NCBI GenBank assembly: GCA_004431415.1
Contig: QPMI01000530.1
Location: 162,420-226,419 of the forward strand
DNA from: Cyanophora paradoxa CCMP329
Taxonomy: Eukaryota > Plantae > Glaucophyta
Length of the DNA: 64,000 nucleotides
Direction: 5' to 3'
The notes beneath the pieces were generated by a model. The model made no database searches, was not told where the DNA came from, and saw only the letters and a program-made list of their open reading frames with translations. The position numbers were made by a program, and so were the translations under genes. The stretch's first letter is position 1, and each line of letters opens with the position of its first letter. This document shows positions 12,751-26,250 of the stretch, piece by piece.

Positions 12751-13593
12751 ATGGCAGCTCCTGCTCCACCTGAACGCATTTTAACAGCCCAACTATCATT
12801 AGCTGCTCCAGCCAATCACGTTTTACAACATGCTATTATTGATAATGTTGATGGCCTTGAATCCACAGAGATAGCACCAACTCTTAATACTTTTGGCGAC
12901 ACTCACATGCTAAGACTAAGAGAATTGAGATGTGACAAAAATAATGGGGTCGTTAAAACTACAAAACTTCTTGTAACAAATGCGAATTTCAATGCGTTTC
13001 ATGGAGATCCTGATAGTTACAATGATGACAACAAGGTAACAAACTTTGCCTATGAGGCAAGAAGGGGAGCAATTAAATGTAGATCAGGAGGCGCCTATAT
13101 TGGAGATGGTTTAAGGGTTGGTGGAATTATTGGAGCGCCCTGTTAGTAAATGATCAACCCAATCCTGATGATGTAAATACAAGAATCAGGACATATGTCC
13201 CAGGTATGAATGAGCCCTACATTATAAAAATCAATACGATTATTATAAACCTTCAAACAGCCGTTCTGGATGTATTAGAGCCTTTGGGAAATCATTATAG
13301 GTATATTGAGACATTGCCTGCTGATATTTACTCATTATGTAGACGAACTGATGGAGCAAGACCCGTATTACAGTCCAAGTAGTCCCAGTAGATAATTTCG
13401 GTCTTGCTTTTCATTCATTGCCCTGCTTGACACACAAGATGACCAATATATTATAAGAGCCACACAACAAGGGACTTACACAGTAATTATGTATGCTGAA
13501 AGAAATGATGAAATCGCAAGAGGAAATCGATATGGACAGTATCTAACCACCAATTTATACAATCCCATTGGTGGAAGTGATCCTTTGCCTTAA
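12751..13593 (+). CDS. Fibre-associated hypothetical protein, paralog 2 (frameshifted after ~13140)
   Basis: N-terminal 131 aa clearly paralogous to the 11887 ORF; C-terminal similarity continues in other frames (GTYTVIMYAERND vs GNYDVLIIGLRTD). Confidence 0.55.
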
Positions 13594-13638
13594 ATCGTCA
13601 GATGTCTTATTGTTTTTTCTATTCTATTGGTAATCAAA

Positions 13639-14037
13639 ATGCTTGCCAAAGGTTACCATGTGATGCTTGATTTCCAATTCAGCCAACCAATTAGCGACCA
13701 TGTGGAGCTCTCTAAATGGCTCATGAATGTCAGTGAAGACATCATCAAGAAATATGGAATACAGGTTGTCCACAAACATGCTGAGATTTTTGATGGCACC
13801 AAATCACCCCCTGGATTTGCCCAAGTATTATTATTAGATGAAAGCCATTGCTCTGCTCATTGCTACAGTGATCAAGGCATGTTAGCAATAGATATATTCA
13901 GCTGTGGAAAACAGGCAGAAAGGAATACAAGTTTAATTGCTTTTGAGCTGGAGGAGGAGATAAACAAGTATGCTATTGGTTTTGGGGCAGTGATCAAAAA
14001 GAGATTACACCATGAGAAGAGGAGGTTTGAGGTTTAA
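13639..14037 (+). CDS. speD: S-adenosylmethionine decarboxylase proenzyme, small prokaryotic-type (pyruvoyl-dependent)
   Basis: GYHVMLD; F..PPGFAQVLLLDESHCSAHCY (ESH self-cleavage motif); AIDIFSCG; 132 aa. Confidence 0.9.
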   Translation: MLAKGYHVMLDFQFSQPISDHVELSKWLMNVSEDIIKKYGIQVVHKHAEIFDGTKSPPGFAQVLLLDESHCSAHCYSDQGMLAIDIFSCGKQAERNTSLIAFELEEEINKYAIGFGAVIKKRLHHEKRRFEV

Positions 14038-14039
14038 GA

Positions 14040-14174
14040 GAGGGTGTTGAGAGTGTTGAGGGTGTTGAGAGTGTTGAGGGTGTTGAGGGTTATATGTAAA
14101 AATTCCCGCGAGAGAGAATTTTCATAAGAAAGTTTACAAACAACCCTCAACACCCTCAACACCCTCAACACCCC
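14040..14174. repeat. Inverted arrays of a 9-bp repeat flanking a 50-bp AT-rich spacer
   Basis: (GAGRGTGTT)x5+ at 14040-14091 versus (AACACCCTC)x~3 at 14142-14174. Confidence 0.9.
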
Positions 14175-14251
14175 TTGCTGGTGCCAAAAAGACATATTTA
14201 TTACCCTAAGACCTAAAATAGATGCTTACTACCCTAGTGCCTAAAACGCGC

Positions 14252-14324
14252 ACACATAGGGATATGCCAGATCCAAGCCAGAGGGCGAAGCCCGAGGGCT
14301 TGGATCTGGCATATCCCTATGTGT
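14252..14324. repeat. Perfect 28-bp inverted repeat (hairpin) at the element/host junction
   Basis: ACACATAGGGATATGCCAGATCCAAGCC (14252-14279) and its exact reverse complement (14297-14324); loop contains GGGC-GAA-GCCC. Confidence 0.95.
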
Positions 14325-15872
14325 CGCGCGGCGGCCGCTGGCTTAAAGCCGGGCGCCGGGCGCGACGCGGATCCACCGTTGGCAATGCGCATGCGCGGGC
14401 GCGGGCGCGCCAGCGCCGGCGGACGGATCCCGGAGCGCACGGCCGCAGGGCGGCCGCGGGCTTAAAGCCGAGGTAAGCATGCTCCAGAACTAGTGGCCCG
14501 GCCGCGTTTTGGCGCGCCGGGGGTGCAAGGGGGGAATCTGGTTCTAATGAAAGAGTAGTAGTGGCACAAACATGCACGGGGCAGATGTAGATCGACCCCG
14601 GCCCAGCGCGCGCGGCAGGTTGAAGTAGTAAAGATAGAGACAGATTATATATGATTGTAAAGAGTAGAAAAGGGCTGTTATGCAGAGGCTGCGATCTAAC
14701 CGAATAAAGAAAAGCCTGAATGAACGGCCAGATTGAGCGCACTGTATATGAAAGATTATTGTGGAGCGAAAAAACGCAGCGCATCATTTGTGTGCGCGCG
14801 GCCTACCGCTAACCCTGAACAGCTGGCTAAAAGATGATGGTGCTGTCTGCAGAGGGCTCGCCGTAAACATAGGCGATCCAGGCCTTCTGCAGGGGGTCGG
14901 GGCGGAAGTCGACCATGGGGGTGAGCGGCAGCCAGCGGCGCCGGTCATGAAGAGGGCCGTCTTGCGAGAGCATGGTGAGGCGGCCCGCCGCCTCGAGCGC
15001 CCGCAGAGCCACGCGGCTGTCGCGCTGCCCGCTCCCAGCGCGCATCTGGTAGACAAGGTCTTGAATTTCGATATCCGCGAGGCCGGCGTCACGGAGGCGC
15101 TTGAGGACTCCCATGTGGAGGTCCTCGATCGCCGGCCTGCCGTGGCAATCATGAATCAGAGGTGAGATTTAGATATGGGCAGTCCAGTTGAATGAATGTT
15201 CGCGCACCCGACAAAGCGAACGACGAAGCGATCCTGCCGCGCAGCCGCGAGTGCTTCGACGGTTGCTAAAGCGAAGGCGACGGCCTCCTCGCGGATGGGG
15301 GGGAAGCCAGGCCGGTCGGGGAGCTCGCGGACGAGGATGAGCAGGGGCCTCTCAGCCGCTCCGAGCACGGACACGAGACCGGCGACGTTGGGGGCTGCTC
15401 CAGACGGCCAGGTGGACGCGGCGTGCCGGTATCCGTCGGGCGGGAGCACAAGCGCGACGGCGCCCGCAGAAAGCCGGCCGAGCGCGAGGCCGAGCCAGGA
15501 GGCGTCGTCGGCGGAGGCAACGTCCGTCCGGACAATGTAAGCAAATTCCGCCGTTGCATGATGACGACACCTTGCAGCCTGCGCCACCCGCCACGAAATC
15601 CCGCCCTGGAACGACGTCTCCGTGTACAGAAGCGGCTGCAGCTCGCCGTCCCATCTGATGCGAACTTGCACAGCAACAGACTCACGCGCGTAATTTGGCG
15701 AAGCTACTACCGGGCATAAAGCTGCGGCGCAATCTGCCGAAGCAAGCACCGCGGCGAAACCGAAAAGCCGAGCAGCGGAGTGTCGACCGCAACAAAAGCG
15801 GCCGGCCCGGCCGGCGTGCTCGGCTGCGGGCAGCGGCGCACGCGGTTCTGCGGTATAAGCTCGATTTCGGAG

Positions 15873-16024
15873 ACGTGCTGAGCGCAGCAAGAGAGCACGG
15901 TCTAGATCTGCACGGCCGGGCGTGCTCAGCTGCAATCGCAGGTCCTGTACGTGCTGAGCGCAGCAAGAGAGCACGGTCTAGATCTGCACGGCCGGGCGTG
16001 CTCAGCTGCAATCGCAGGTCCTGT
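15873..16024. repeat. 76-bp tandem duplication
   Basis: ACGTGCTGAGCGCAGCAAGAGAGCAC...GGTCCTGT repeated twice. Confidence 0.9.
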
Positions 16025-19000
16025 TCGCGGCGCAGCTAGCTATAGGCAGCGGCGCAAGCTTGATGCGGTCAAAAGTAGTCCAGGCGGAACGGGTACCGTG
16101 CGGCGTACGCGGCGCAGTGCGAGGAAGCGGAAATCTAGCACTGCACGCCAAGCCCCTCAGAAATCCGCGACTTGGAGAACGAAGCAAGGTGTACCCCAAA
16201 TCTTTGTTGACCAGCCGCGGCCGGAAGCCGGCGTGAGCGCCGGGGGCGCTGCGCTCGCAGTAGTAGTATCGGAGAGCCCACCACAGCACTTCGAGCGCCT
16301 GGCCGGGCGATTTCGGGCCACTCGGGGTCGGTTCCCGTCCCGGGCCGCCCCGTGCCCCCTTTTTCGAGCCAGCAGCGTCTGGAACAACTAGTGAGGGTCT
16401 AAAAAGAGTGGTTCCTCGTTAAGAACGCCCGCCCGCGCCGCCCGCGGCCCGTGACCCGCTCCGCCTCGTCAGCAGAGACCGCGCCTTCGTCGGGCTACAG
16501 GGCGGTGCCGGAGCATTGTCAACCGTACTAGGATGCATCCTACCGCTCTCGGAACGCGGAGAAGGGCGCCCACGCCGCGAATTCAACACAAGATCAAGGA
16601 GAGCTCGCTCTGGCACGAGGTTCGCTGCACCTTTCTTGACTCAGCGCGTTGGGTGGGCTGTGACAGCGTTGCCATGTGTGCGGAGTGTGGTTTCGAAGCT
16701 ATTCTGCATAGTGTGGCGCGGGGCTCTCGGCCCGTCCGCGGGGCGTTTCGCTTCGTCCGGGTGACCCCCCACGCGTCGCAGCTAGCGCGGTGCAACCGCC
16801 GAGCTCCGGCGCCCCGGTGGCGGCTCCCGGTCACGCCGGTGCGCATCCCTCGCCGCTCGCTTCGTCTCAGACGCATCCGCGCTGACTTTCCGACCGTCTA
16901 GAACTGCCGGTGAAGCTGGCTTATCGTCCAGGAAGCTCAGGATCGACCGCCGAGAACGAGGTGAGGGCCCCGCGCTTGCCCGCCACCGCGCCCGCCCGCC
17001 ACCGCGCCGCTGAACGGTTTCCGCGCAGCAAAAGGAGCCGAAAAGGAGCTTTCGTTCTCGATAGAAGCACCTGAGCGCCGGCAGCAGCAACCGGAGCAGC
17101 GAGCGCTCTTGGAGATCGGTGCGCCTGCCTGCGCCGCGCGCGCACGCCCGCCCGCCCAGAGCGCCCGCTGATGTCGCCACCCGCGGCTCTCGCGCAGAGC
17201 GATGAGGCTCCGCGCGGCGTAGGCGGCAGCAGCCGGCGGCGGGATTCGAGAGGGGCAGCTAGACTGCACCACCACCTTAGCGGGGCTGCATCCCCCCCCT
17301 CCTCTGCGGCCCTCCCGGGCTGCGGCCCCCTCCGCCCCGCCTTCTCTCTCTGTTCAGCGCTCTGTCGGTAGAGCGCCAGTAGCTCGCCAGCGTCCTGAGA
17401 TCTTGATAATGAGATCGTGATTCTCGAGAAACCTGCCCCGCCTGCGCCGTCTGGGCCAGCGAGCGCTCTGTTAAGCATGCAGAATGCTGTAAATGCATAT
17501 ATATGATGTATATCTCGCTTCCCGGGCGCTGTCTGCAACCGGGCGGGCGAGAATCGTCCTGGGGGCATGTGGGGCCCCAAGTTGCAGTGGATTTTGAATT
17601 CGGGCCCAGGCTTAAATCGGCGGCCTTCGGTACCACCACAATCGTCTTCAGCACCCTCGAAAACCCCCGGGGACGTGAAATCACCGCTGCTGAGTGAGTA
17701 GATGCTTCAATAAGGCATCATGAGCAGGTCGGGGTGGCATTTTGGAACTTGAAAACTAGAAAGTACCAGAGAGGGTCCTACGAGTAAAGCTCGAAACACC
17801 GGTGGGGCCCAAAAACACTTCGGATCACCCTGTATCTTGGAGCAGTGATATAACTACATGTGATAATGATTGTGGCTCAAAGAGCGGGCCGCTGGGGCCA
17901 GCCCGTCGCCCAGAAACTCACTAGCTCTCACTAGCTCACTGACTGTGATCAAGCGATCTCCACTAAGGATGCACCCCTCCGGGCCGCGATGCATACGCAC
18001 ATGCTCTATCAAGGTGTGCATCGATCTGCGCTAGCGGCGGCCCAGCGAACCCTTGCTGTGTGGAGCGAAATCAAATCGCGCAGGTGCCCCCACCCCAAGC
18101 CTTCTGGAGAAGCAGGCGATCTCCGCTGCGGATGCATGCGCCGGGGCCGCGCTCCAGCTGCGCATGCTCTTTTAAATTGTGCATCGATCTGCGTTAGCGT
18201 CGGCCCGGCGGCCCTCGCAGTAAGCAGCGAAATCGAATCTGCCAGGTGCCACCCCCCCACTGGAGCAGGTGCCGCTGGCGCGGGGGGTGCGTGCCGCCGC
18301 CCGTACGCGGGCTCTGCGCGTGCTCTAGATGTCTCTCATGGCCCTAGACATCTCAGCCCGCACCGCCCCGCCGTCGCAGCCATGCCATCTGGAACCGCAT
18401 GACATGCTTGATTGCACACGAGCGCGCATCTGCCTGAGGCGCGGCAGGACACGCAGGCGGGGCGTTCCCGGGCCTAAGCGATGCGGGCGAGCGGTGAGCG
18501 GCCTCCGCGACGGCGAAAGATGCCTCGGCGGCGCAGGGCCTGCGAGCGGCGGGTCGGTCAGGGCGCGGAGTGTGCGAGGGGGTGCGCGCAGGGCTTCACC
18601 ACGCACTCATTAATGATGCCTGCACTAGCTATGAGCGGCAGGATCGATACGAGGCGCGCGGCGGGCGGCCGGCCGGCCCCGCGGGCGGCCGAAGGTGCTC
18701 GTCGCCTGCCGACGGTCCGAAGCTCACACGGCTCGACCGGGGACGCGGCAAGGTGCGATCCCGACCTTATCTAACACGCTGAGAACGTTGGTTGCGCTTG
18801 CGAGCGACCTGGCTGCGCGGAAGTCGCAAGACGGTGCACGCGAGATGGGTCGCGCGCCGGGAGCTAGCGCAAAGCCGTCGTAGGTGCTGCCACCATGCTC
18901 CCGGGGGCTAGGAGCGTGTCGGCGAGCACCGCAGGGCGCTGCTGTCGGCAAGAGGCGGACCTCAGGCGGTGCTTGTGTATCACAAGCCGGCTAGTTGCAA

Positions 19001-20264
19001 CGTTTTGAGCAGAGAGTTTTTTTCCGGCCCGGCGGCGAGCAGTGAGAGGAGACAGCTAGAGAGAAGTGGTTCCATGCAGAACCGCGCAAAGAAGAGCAAG
19101 GCGTACGCGGCGCACTGCAGCTGCGACGAAGCCGAAATCTAGAGGAGACAGCTAGGGAGAACTGGTTCCATGCATAACCGCGCAAGAAATTCGAAGACCG
19201 GAGTGAGGAGAAGTTCGTTTTCCCCTCGAAAACCACTTTTCCCCCTCGACTTGGACGCTCGAAAGTCGAAAGCTGACCGGTCCACCGAGCCAATCGGATC
19301 GCGAATAAAGCATCATTTTTTTTCTGGTGTTGCATACTGGACCTCGAAAACGGCCTCATAGAAAACTTTTGGCTGAAGCGAGGGAACGGGAAGCAAGGGG
19401 GGGAAGACCTTCGGTCTTCTTTTCCCCCCTTGCAATATGAGATCTAGACAGGATCGCGCCCGGCAGTTTGTCAGAGCGAGAATTATATTCAATAATTACC
19501 GTAGTACACTCAGTACTAGCTATCGTAACTAATTATCTAATATTGGATCAAAGAGTTACGTTGCTAAATCCAGCCGATGGAAATACCATGTACTATGCAA
19601 TTGTAGCTAAAAAAGTCTTTGCAATTGGAATTTACTTCAGGTCATTGTGATCCACATCTTTACATCGGGACCGTCACGTGTTGCGATGGGCGAGAAGAGC
19701 GGCGACCGTGCAGACGATCAGAGCAGCTGCAGAGAGAACCTGCATGCGCGTCGACATCAATTAGTAATATTCATGATTACTTGATGATACGCAAACAAAA
19801 ATCGAAGGGATGAGACTCGAAAGAGCTTACCGCAGCCATAGAGCTGGGGGGCGCCGTCGATGTCGCAGCGCTCAAGTACGGAGAATACGGGAGAAAGTGG
19901 CCGGCGCCAGCTGGAGTCCATCGGAAAGCCTACGCATATGCATGCGCACACCGCTCCAGAGTCAAGCCAACGTTAACGTCAACGCTCGTAACCGATCATA
20001 AGAGAAGAGATGTATATAATCGCACATTCGCAAGGACTAAGGGGATGAAAGGGGCCTGTCCAGGGGCAGCCTCGATGCGAATATCGTACTGCGCAGCATC
20101 ATGGCATCAAAATTTCGTGCGCTCAACGGATGGAGGCATTTATTCTGACGGCAGAGAAAATCGCAATTGTCTACGGACCGGAGTATTGATAGAGAATAAC
20201 AGATGGCGGGCCAAGGCCTGCCGGCGCGAAGACGCTGACATCTTGGGGGCCTCTGCGATTGCAA

Positions 20265-23179
20265 TCATCCGAGTTGTAGAAGGGCGGCCAACTTGAATAT
20301 TAATCTAAAGAAGCACGCACTGAATCTGAGGACGACGCCCGAGCCGACCTGCTTGACGCTCACTTCCGTCGCCTGAGCTCTATTGCCCGCCGAGTCGACG
20401 ATGTAAACGGCGATTTGCTGGTCGGGCTGCCCGCGGCCGTAACGTGAACCCGTCTCAGTATCATAGCAGAATGAAAAGATCGCAAAACAATTGCAGTTGC
20501 CTGGAGAATGTTGTTCGACATCGGGACGGCAATATCGTCGACTGATCCCGTCTGCGGGCATTTAAAACTTGCGTCAAATTGAAGGCCATAGTGTCTTGCA
20601 CGGTTTCCGGAGTTGTGCACTGACGCTAGCTTAACAGTACCAGGTGCACTATCTTAATTATAAAGTAGCCGACCTCGGGGGCGGAACCGAGTGCTGAGAT
20701 CCCTTCCAGCTTAAGGTCCAGCTTGAAGAAGAGGGTCGCCCCGTTGCTGTCCGTGACTGCTTTGAACTTGGAGATGTTAAACTGCACAAAGCCATTCGAT
20801 CGAGTTAAATTAAAGTCAACGTCACGATCCTTGCTATAGATCCTAGTCGTTATCGTATACATAATCGGCAATAAATGCATGCGTTGATCATGATATGTAT
20901 ATATACCTCCATGCATATTAATCGCGCGAAATACCGCTCGCGATCGTGCGAGCTTTGAATTCAATATATTCATCGCACGCGTACGTATACGCGTGCTGCG
21001 CACCGAGAATCCGTTGACGACGACAATTGCAGAGGGAGTTGAAAACACCGGCTGCGCGAGCGTGCGAACATTGTGATTATAATTCAGGAGCTGCAGCTGC
21101 AGCCGCAGAAAGGCCGAACCAGCGGAGGGAGAGCGGGTGGGGACGGGAGGGGCGAAGGCGCCGGGGTCGCCGATGGTACTGGCCATGGTGTGGCGCTGCG
21201 GGCGCCAGCGACAGCGCTCGTGGGCGCGGACGTCGACGCAATGGAAAAAGCAGAAGCGCTGTAATAAAATGCGAACCTCGGGACCAAATTCGAAGGGGGG
21301 GATGGGGTTGCCGTGGGAGACGCGGAAGCGGATGGAAAGACAGAGCCACCCGGAGGAGAAGGCGAAGGGGGTGCGGGGCCGGGGGCGGAGGGGGAAGGGG
21401 ATGGGGAGGGGGAGGCGGAGGGGGAGGGTGAAGGGGAGGGAGAAGGGGAAGGACTTGAGGAGAGCCGCGCATAAATAATATTAAATCAATGTATGGTACG
21501 CGTGGGGCCAAAATATCACAGAAATACCTCGGCGAAGGCGATGGGCTTGGCGTGGGACAGTACTCTGGCGCGACCGACGGACAGCTTAGCACATTCACTT
21601 ACATGCGCATGTATGCGAAAAGTTGCGGTCGCACCGACGCCAGCTGTAGCCGTCGCGTTGATGGAAGGGAGTTCGGGGTCGGGGCCATTGCTGGCAACGT
21701 CCGAAGTGAATAGGATGAGCATTCCGCTTCCGGGGGCCGTCTTATAGGAGAAGGGGTCGGAAGAAGAGCTGCTGTTTGAGCCGAGCATAGTCACAGCTCC
21801 AGGTCCGGGGCGGGCCGTTGGGTTGATTTCAAAGAACTGCCGGTCGCAAAAATGATGTCAGGTTCAAACTGAAAATTCTAGAATCTCCGCTATAGCTTTA
21901 AGATTACTCACAAAGAACGAATCACAGTAGTTTCTGACATCCGAGGTAGTTTCCGCGTTGAGAGCAAGAATTGTGAGCGTCAGTCCGGCGGTAGCTGTGC
22001 AGCCGGGGGACAGCTGTGGCCTGATGTCCCTGTTCCCATCGCGTGTCAGTTCGGCGAAGGGTTGCGTTGCCTCCGGATCCGGGCCGGGGCCAACCACATG
22101 CGCAGGTGAAAGTCTTCATATGCGCGTGGCCTACTGAATGCCGCTTGCGCCCCCGACGAGATGCTGAGAACCGTTGCGGCGAAGGACGAGGGGGTATAGT
22201 AGGTGTAGTCGTCATTCAGTGTCCCCGCAGGGCTCGCCGGCACTGCCGAACCATGATGATGATCAGTGTCGAAGCGCCTGTTACAAGGGATCGGAAGACA
22301 AGAAAAGAAATGTACGAGCAGACCACTCGAGGCCACGCTTTTGTAAGTGGCATTGAATTTGATCTCAAAATTGTCAGAGCACGGATAAGATCCGAGGATG
22401 AGAAGCGTGTCCGCCGAGCTTGTGAATGTTGGAGGCGAGCCGGGATTGACCTGGTTGGCCAGAAGGATGGGCGAGGAGGACGTGTTCATGTCGATGACCT
22501 AAGCACGCGTGCCGCGGTGAGCATTGATTGAATCAAAGCTTGATCACGAGCCGCTTATCATAATTTAGTAAGCTAGCGCTTTTCCTGTGCGTTGCGACCG
22601 GGAGCAACGTCTGACGTTACGTTGTTTTATGCTATATATATATATATAGTGTCCGGTTATTGAGCTTGAGGGCAAACCCGAATGTTCATTTCCCCGGACG
22701 AAATCGAGTGGAACGTGAGCTGGACGCGATCTCCCGGGTTGGCCGCTGTTATTGTCCTGCGCATGCGCAAGCGATGACGTCGACTATCATATTTATATGC
22801 ACCCGTATATATGTATGCATAGATCATCGGACTCGATCATGATCATGATCATGACTCAGTGATCATCGGATCCGGTGAGACTTGAGTCCTGATATACTCT
22901 ATGATACATGCATCGATCGCGATATCTGCGCATGTATGCGCATATGCAGGACCTAACTTAGTAGTAAATTTGAAACCTTCTGACGAACCAGACGGCCACA
23001 TCACGGGCGCCAAGGGTCGGGCTTGTGCTTTCCAAGGCCACATTGGCCACGAACGAGCTGTCAGACGCGGTGGCGATGTAGCCGCCGGGAGAGAGGCCAC
23101 CGGTGCCAAGCGTGAGGGCAGCGCTGGCTGAGGCGGCGACGAGGGCGATGCAAAGCGCCCTCAACAAGAGGTACGTCAT
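20265..23179 (-). CDS. Multi-exon host gene, putative secreted protein with Ser/Pro-rich linker (boundaries approximate)
   Basis: Signal-peptide-like MTYLLLRALCIALVAASASA at 23179; (SP)n/Pro tract at ~21350-21460; several coding-like segments separated by AT-richer gaps. Confidence 0.45.
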
Positions 23180-25834
23180 GCTGCCACCGACACTGCAGTC
23201 ACTGCTTCTGCTGTGCAATGTGCATGTGACGCTGCTTCTGCAGTCACTGATGAGTGTTGGGCACTGGCCAGTGGCCACAGCACTATAGCTAGTGCCAGCC
23301 TATAGCTAGTGGCAGTGGGCACTGGGCACAGTGGGCAGCTGTTCCGTCTCCGACGTCGACGGTCAGGACTCAGGACTAGAACTGCTGCCACACAGGCTGT
23401 GTGACACTGTGACACAGCCGGGCCCACAGCCTGGGCGGCCACAGCCTGGCAGGCCGCCGGGCTGCCAGAGCCTGCCACCGGCCCGGGGCCCAGCCTGCAG
23501 CCTGGCAGGCTGCAGGCTGCAGCGGGCCCACGTGCACAGCCTGGCAGGAGCCTGACTGCCACCGCCGCGGCGCCGGCGCCTGGGCCACAGCGCTACCGGA
23601 AGCCTGCCCACCGTGGCACAGGTGCACAGGCTGCCACCGCCTGGGCCACAGCCGCCGGGCCGCTGCGCCTGCCCACATGTACAGCCTACAGTACTGACTG
23701 TACAGCCTCAGTACAGGGGACCGTCGCCGAGTCGGACCGTCGGACTCGGGGACACACGACGCCGTGACGACGGACAGGGCTCCCTGAGGCCCATGCGATG
23801 ATCATGCATCATCATGGCATGAATCATGATGCATGCATGGGCCCGCGGTATACGTACTAGTACCGTAGTAGTAGTACGGGACCGGACTCCTAACGGGAGC
23901 ATCTTGCATTTTGATGCATACCGTAGTACTAGGCACTGAGTACGCACTGCGGGCCGGGTCTGCGGCAGTGTACTACGCACTGCGGCATGTGGATGTACTA
24001 CGGTACTACCGTGGTACTAGTACGGTATCATACTTATATAATTAGTACTAATTTAGTAGTATGATTGCATACATACTATATATGCTGTGTATGTGCATTG
24101 CGTACCGTGCCGCGGCCGTTAACGTTGACCGTCCGGACGTGCCGCAGGCCCGCAATCCGGAAATTGGGACCGGAATCCGGATTCCGGATATCGATATATA
24201 TATATACAGTATTTCTTATACCGTGTAACACTTAACTTGTGTGACTTATTGTCGTGTCATTGTCGATTTTGGCTCTTTGTCTTATCTTTCTTCGTGCTCT
24301 TGTCTTAGTTCTTTTGCTTTTTTGTCTTTATGCCCCCTGGGCAGCCCCCGCAGTGCTGGTGTCTAGAGACTGTGGCCGGTAATTCACCAAAAAAAAAATA
24401 ACTTGTGTGACTTAAGTAATGCGCGCACTCAAGTAATGGGTAGCATTGGGTACTAGTATAGTTACCAGCTAGAGACTGTGGCCGGTAATTCACCAAAATA
24501 ACAAAATGCGCATTGCGCATGCGGTACGCGGACCGTACGCCGGACCTCGCCGGTACCTAATTAATGCGTTCTTCGCTTGTCCGGGTCCAAAAACGCATTA
24601 ATTTCTGGCATGGCGCATTAATTAAGTGTTAAATTGCACCGTGGCACGGTATATATAATTAAGCGAAGCTATAGCTAGCAGCCGTCCCCGGGTCCTCTCG
24701 CCGGCTCCCGGAGACTGGGCCGGAGTCCGGGACAACTACTGTAGCCTGTAGCCTGTAGCCTGTAGGACGCCATAACGGCTTAAATTGCCGTGGTGTAAAA
24801 TTGCCGAATTCGCCCAAAACCGAACTCGGAATGGCCGGTGGGAGCGGCTAAGGAAATACGTACCCCCCGAGCAATTAATTGCCGTGGTGCTAAATTGCCG
24901 AATTCGGCCTGTCGGCAATTATAATTTACGGCAAACTAAAACTACGGCTAAAAAAGCCGTCCTCCAGTACGTATCTAGCTAGTAGTACCTAGTACTCGAG
25001 CTCGGGAAATCGCCGAGTCGAACCGTCAGCCATGCATATGAACCGTTAATTCCGAAAATGTTAACCTTCAATTGCAACAGGCTTCAAGCCTCGAGGCCCT
25101 CGATCGATCCGGCCCGCGGCGGCGCGGCCTCCGGATCCGAGGCTCCGACTCCGAGGCTCGCGGTGCGTGACGGTTCGATCTTCGGATTTCCGGACTTCGG
25201 AATTCGGAAATCTGCATGGCAGTCGGCAAAAAGTAAAACAGCTGGTACCCGTCTGGATTGCGATCCGAGCCTCTCATATGCATAGTATCTCTCTCTGATT
25301 ATAAATCTCGGTAATTCCGCAAGGGAGCGCATTCTTGCCAAGTTGAATTCGAAGCTTAAGCTCGCTTTACCGCTGCGGCATCGCAGCGAAGCTATAGCTA
25401 GGCGCCGTCAACGTCGCCCTTCGAATTCCGCCGGGCTTCCCACCTGATCATGACACTCTTCACGTTCATCTGGTGCTCTGACTCTAGATCTGATCATAAT
25501 TAATATAATTCTTACGATCCCGGCCCTTCCCCTGATTCATGTAGAGCCTCGCCCTGTATTAGGCTCAAAATGTCGGACTCCAAGGATTACAATACTAGCA
25601 GACCGCGCCCGGGCCTGTTCAAGTGCGGCAAGTGCGGGCCGCGCGCGGAGGTGCAAGGGGGGGTACTTGACTCATCGCAGGGTACTTGGGGGGGGGGGGG
25701 GGGGGGGGAGACAGGCGGCCGGGCGAGGCCGGCGGGGTCTCGAGGTGGGCGGGTGGGGTAGGGAGGGAGGCGGCGGCGAGGGCGGCGGCGGGAGGGGGCA
25801 CGGGAGTTAGGAGCGGCAGTTGGCGCCGTGCCCT

Positions 25835-26250
25835 CCGCATAGCCTGCGAAGGGCCGAGGCGTCAGCTCTCCCCCGACAGCGACCGAGCGAAGGCCGGGCC
25901 CAGCGGGGTCGGCCGGGTCAGGTGCGTAGCAGCAGTGGCGGGGCGAACCTGGAGTCGACGAAGCTGAAGCAGCCGGCGGGGCGGCGGGCGAGGAAGCGGG
26001 CGGAGCGGCGGCAGGAGGCGCCGGGCCCTGCACATAGCCTGCGCATGCGCAGAGCTGAGGCGTCAGCTCGCCCCCGACAGCGGCTGTGCGGGGGCGGGGC
26101 CCAGCGGGGTCGGCCGGGTCAGGTGCGTATATAAGTAGCAGCAGTGGCGGGGCGAACCTGGAGTCGACGAAGCTGAGGCAGCGGGCGGGGCGGCGGGCGA
26201 GGAAGCGGGCGGAGCGGCGGCAGGAGGCGCCGGGCCCTGCGCATAGCCTG
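25835..26250. repeat. GC-rich ~200-bp tandem duplication
   Basis: GCAGCAGTGGCGGGGCGAACCTGGAGTCGACGAAGCTGA and flanks repeated at ~25929 and ~26138. Confidence 0.8.

Larger units (their letters stand above)
1..14250. mobile_element. Endogenous Polinton-like virus / Maverick-type element, right part (left end outside window)
   Basis: AT-rich, intronless, densely packed + strand genes including PolB-helicase, rve integrase and fibres; abrupt switch to very GC-rich host DNA at ~14.25-14.33 kb. Confidence 0.85.

Noticed and set aside
14200-14247. Telomeric repeats (CCCTAA/CCTAAA-like) at the junction
   Set aside because: Only four scattered degenerate hexamers; not a tandem array.
14827-16901. 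Host genes in the first GC-rich block
   Set aside because: Some coding-like stretches, but no domain or splice structure could be supported.
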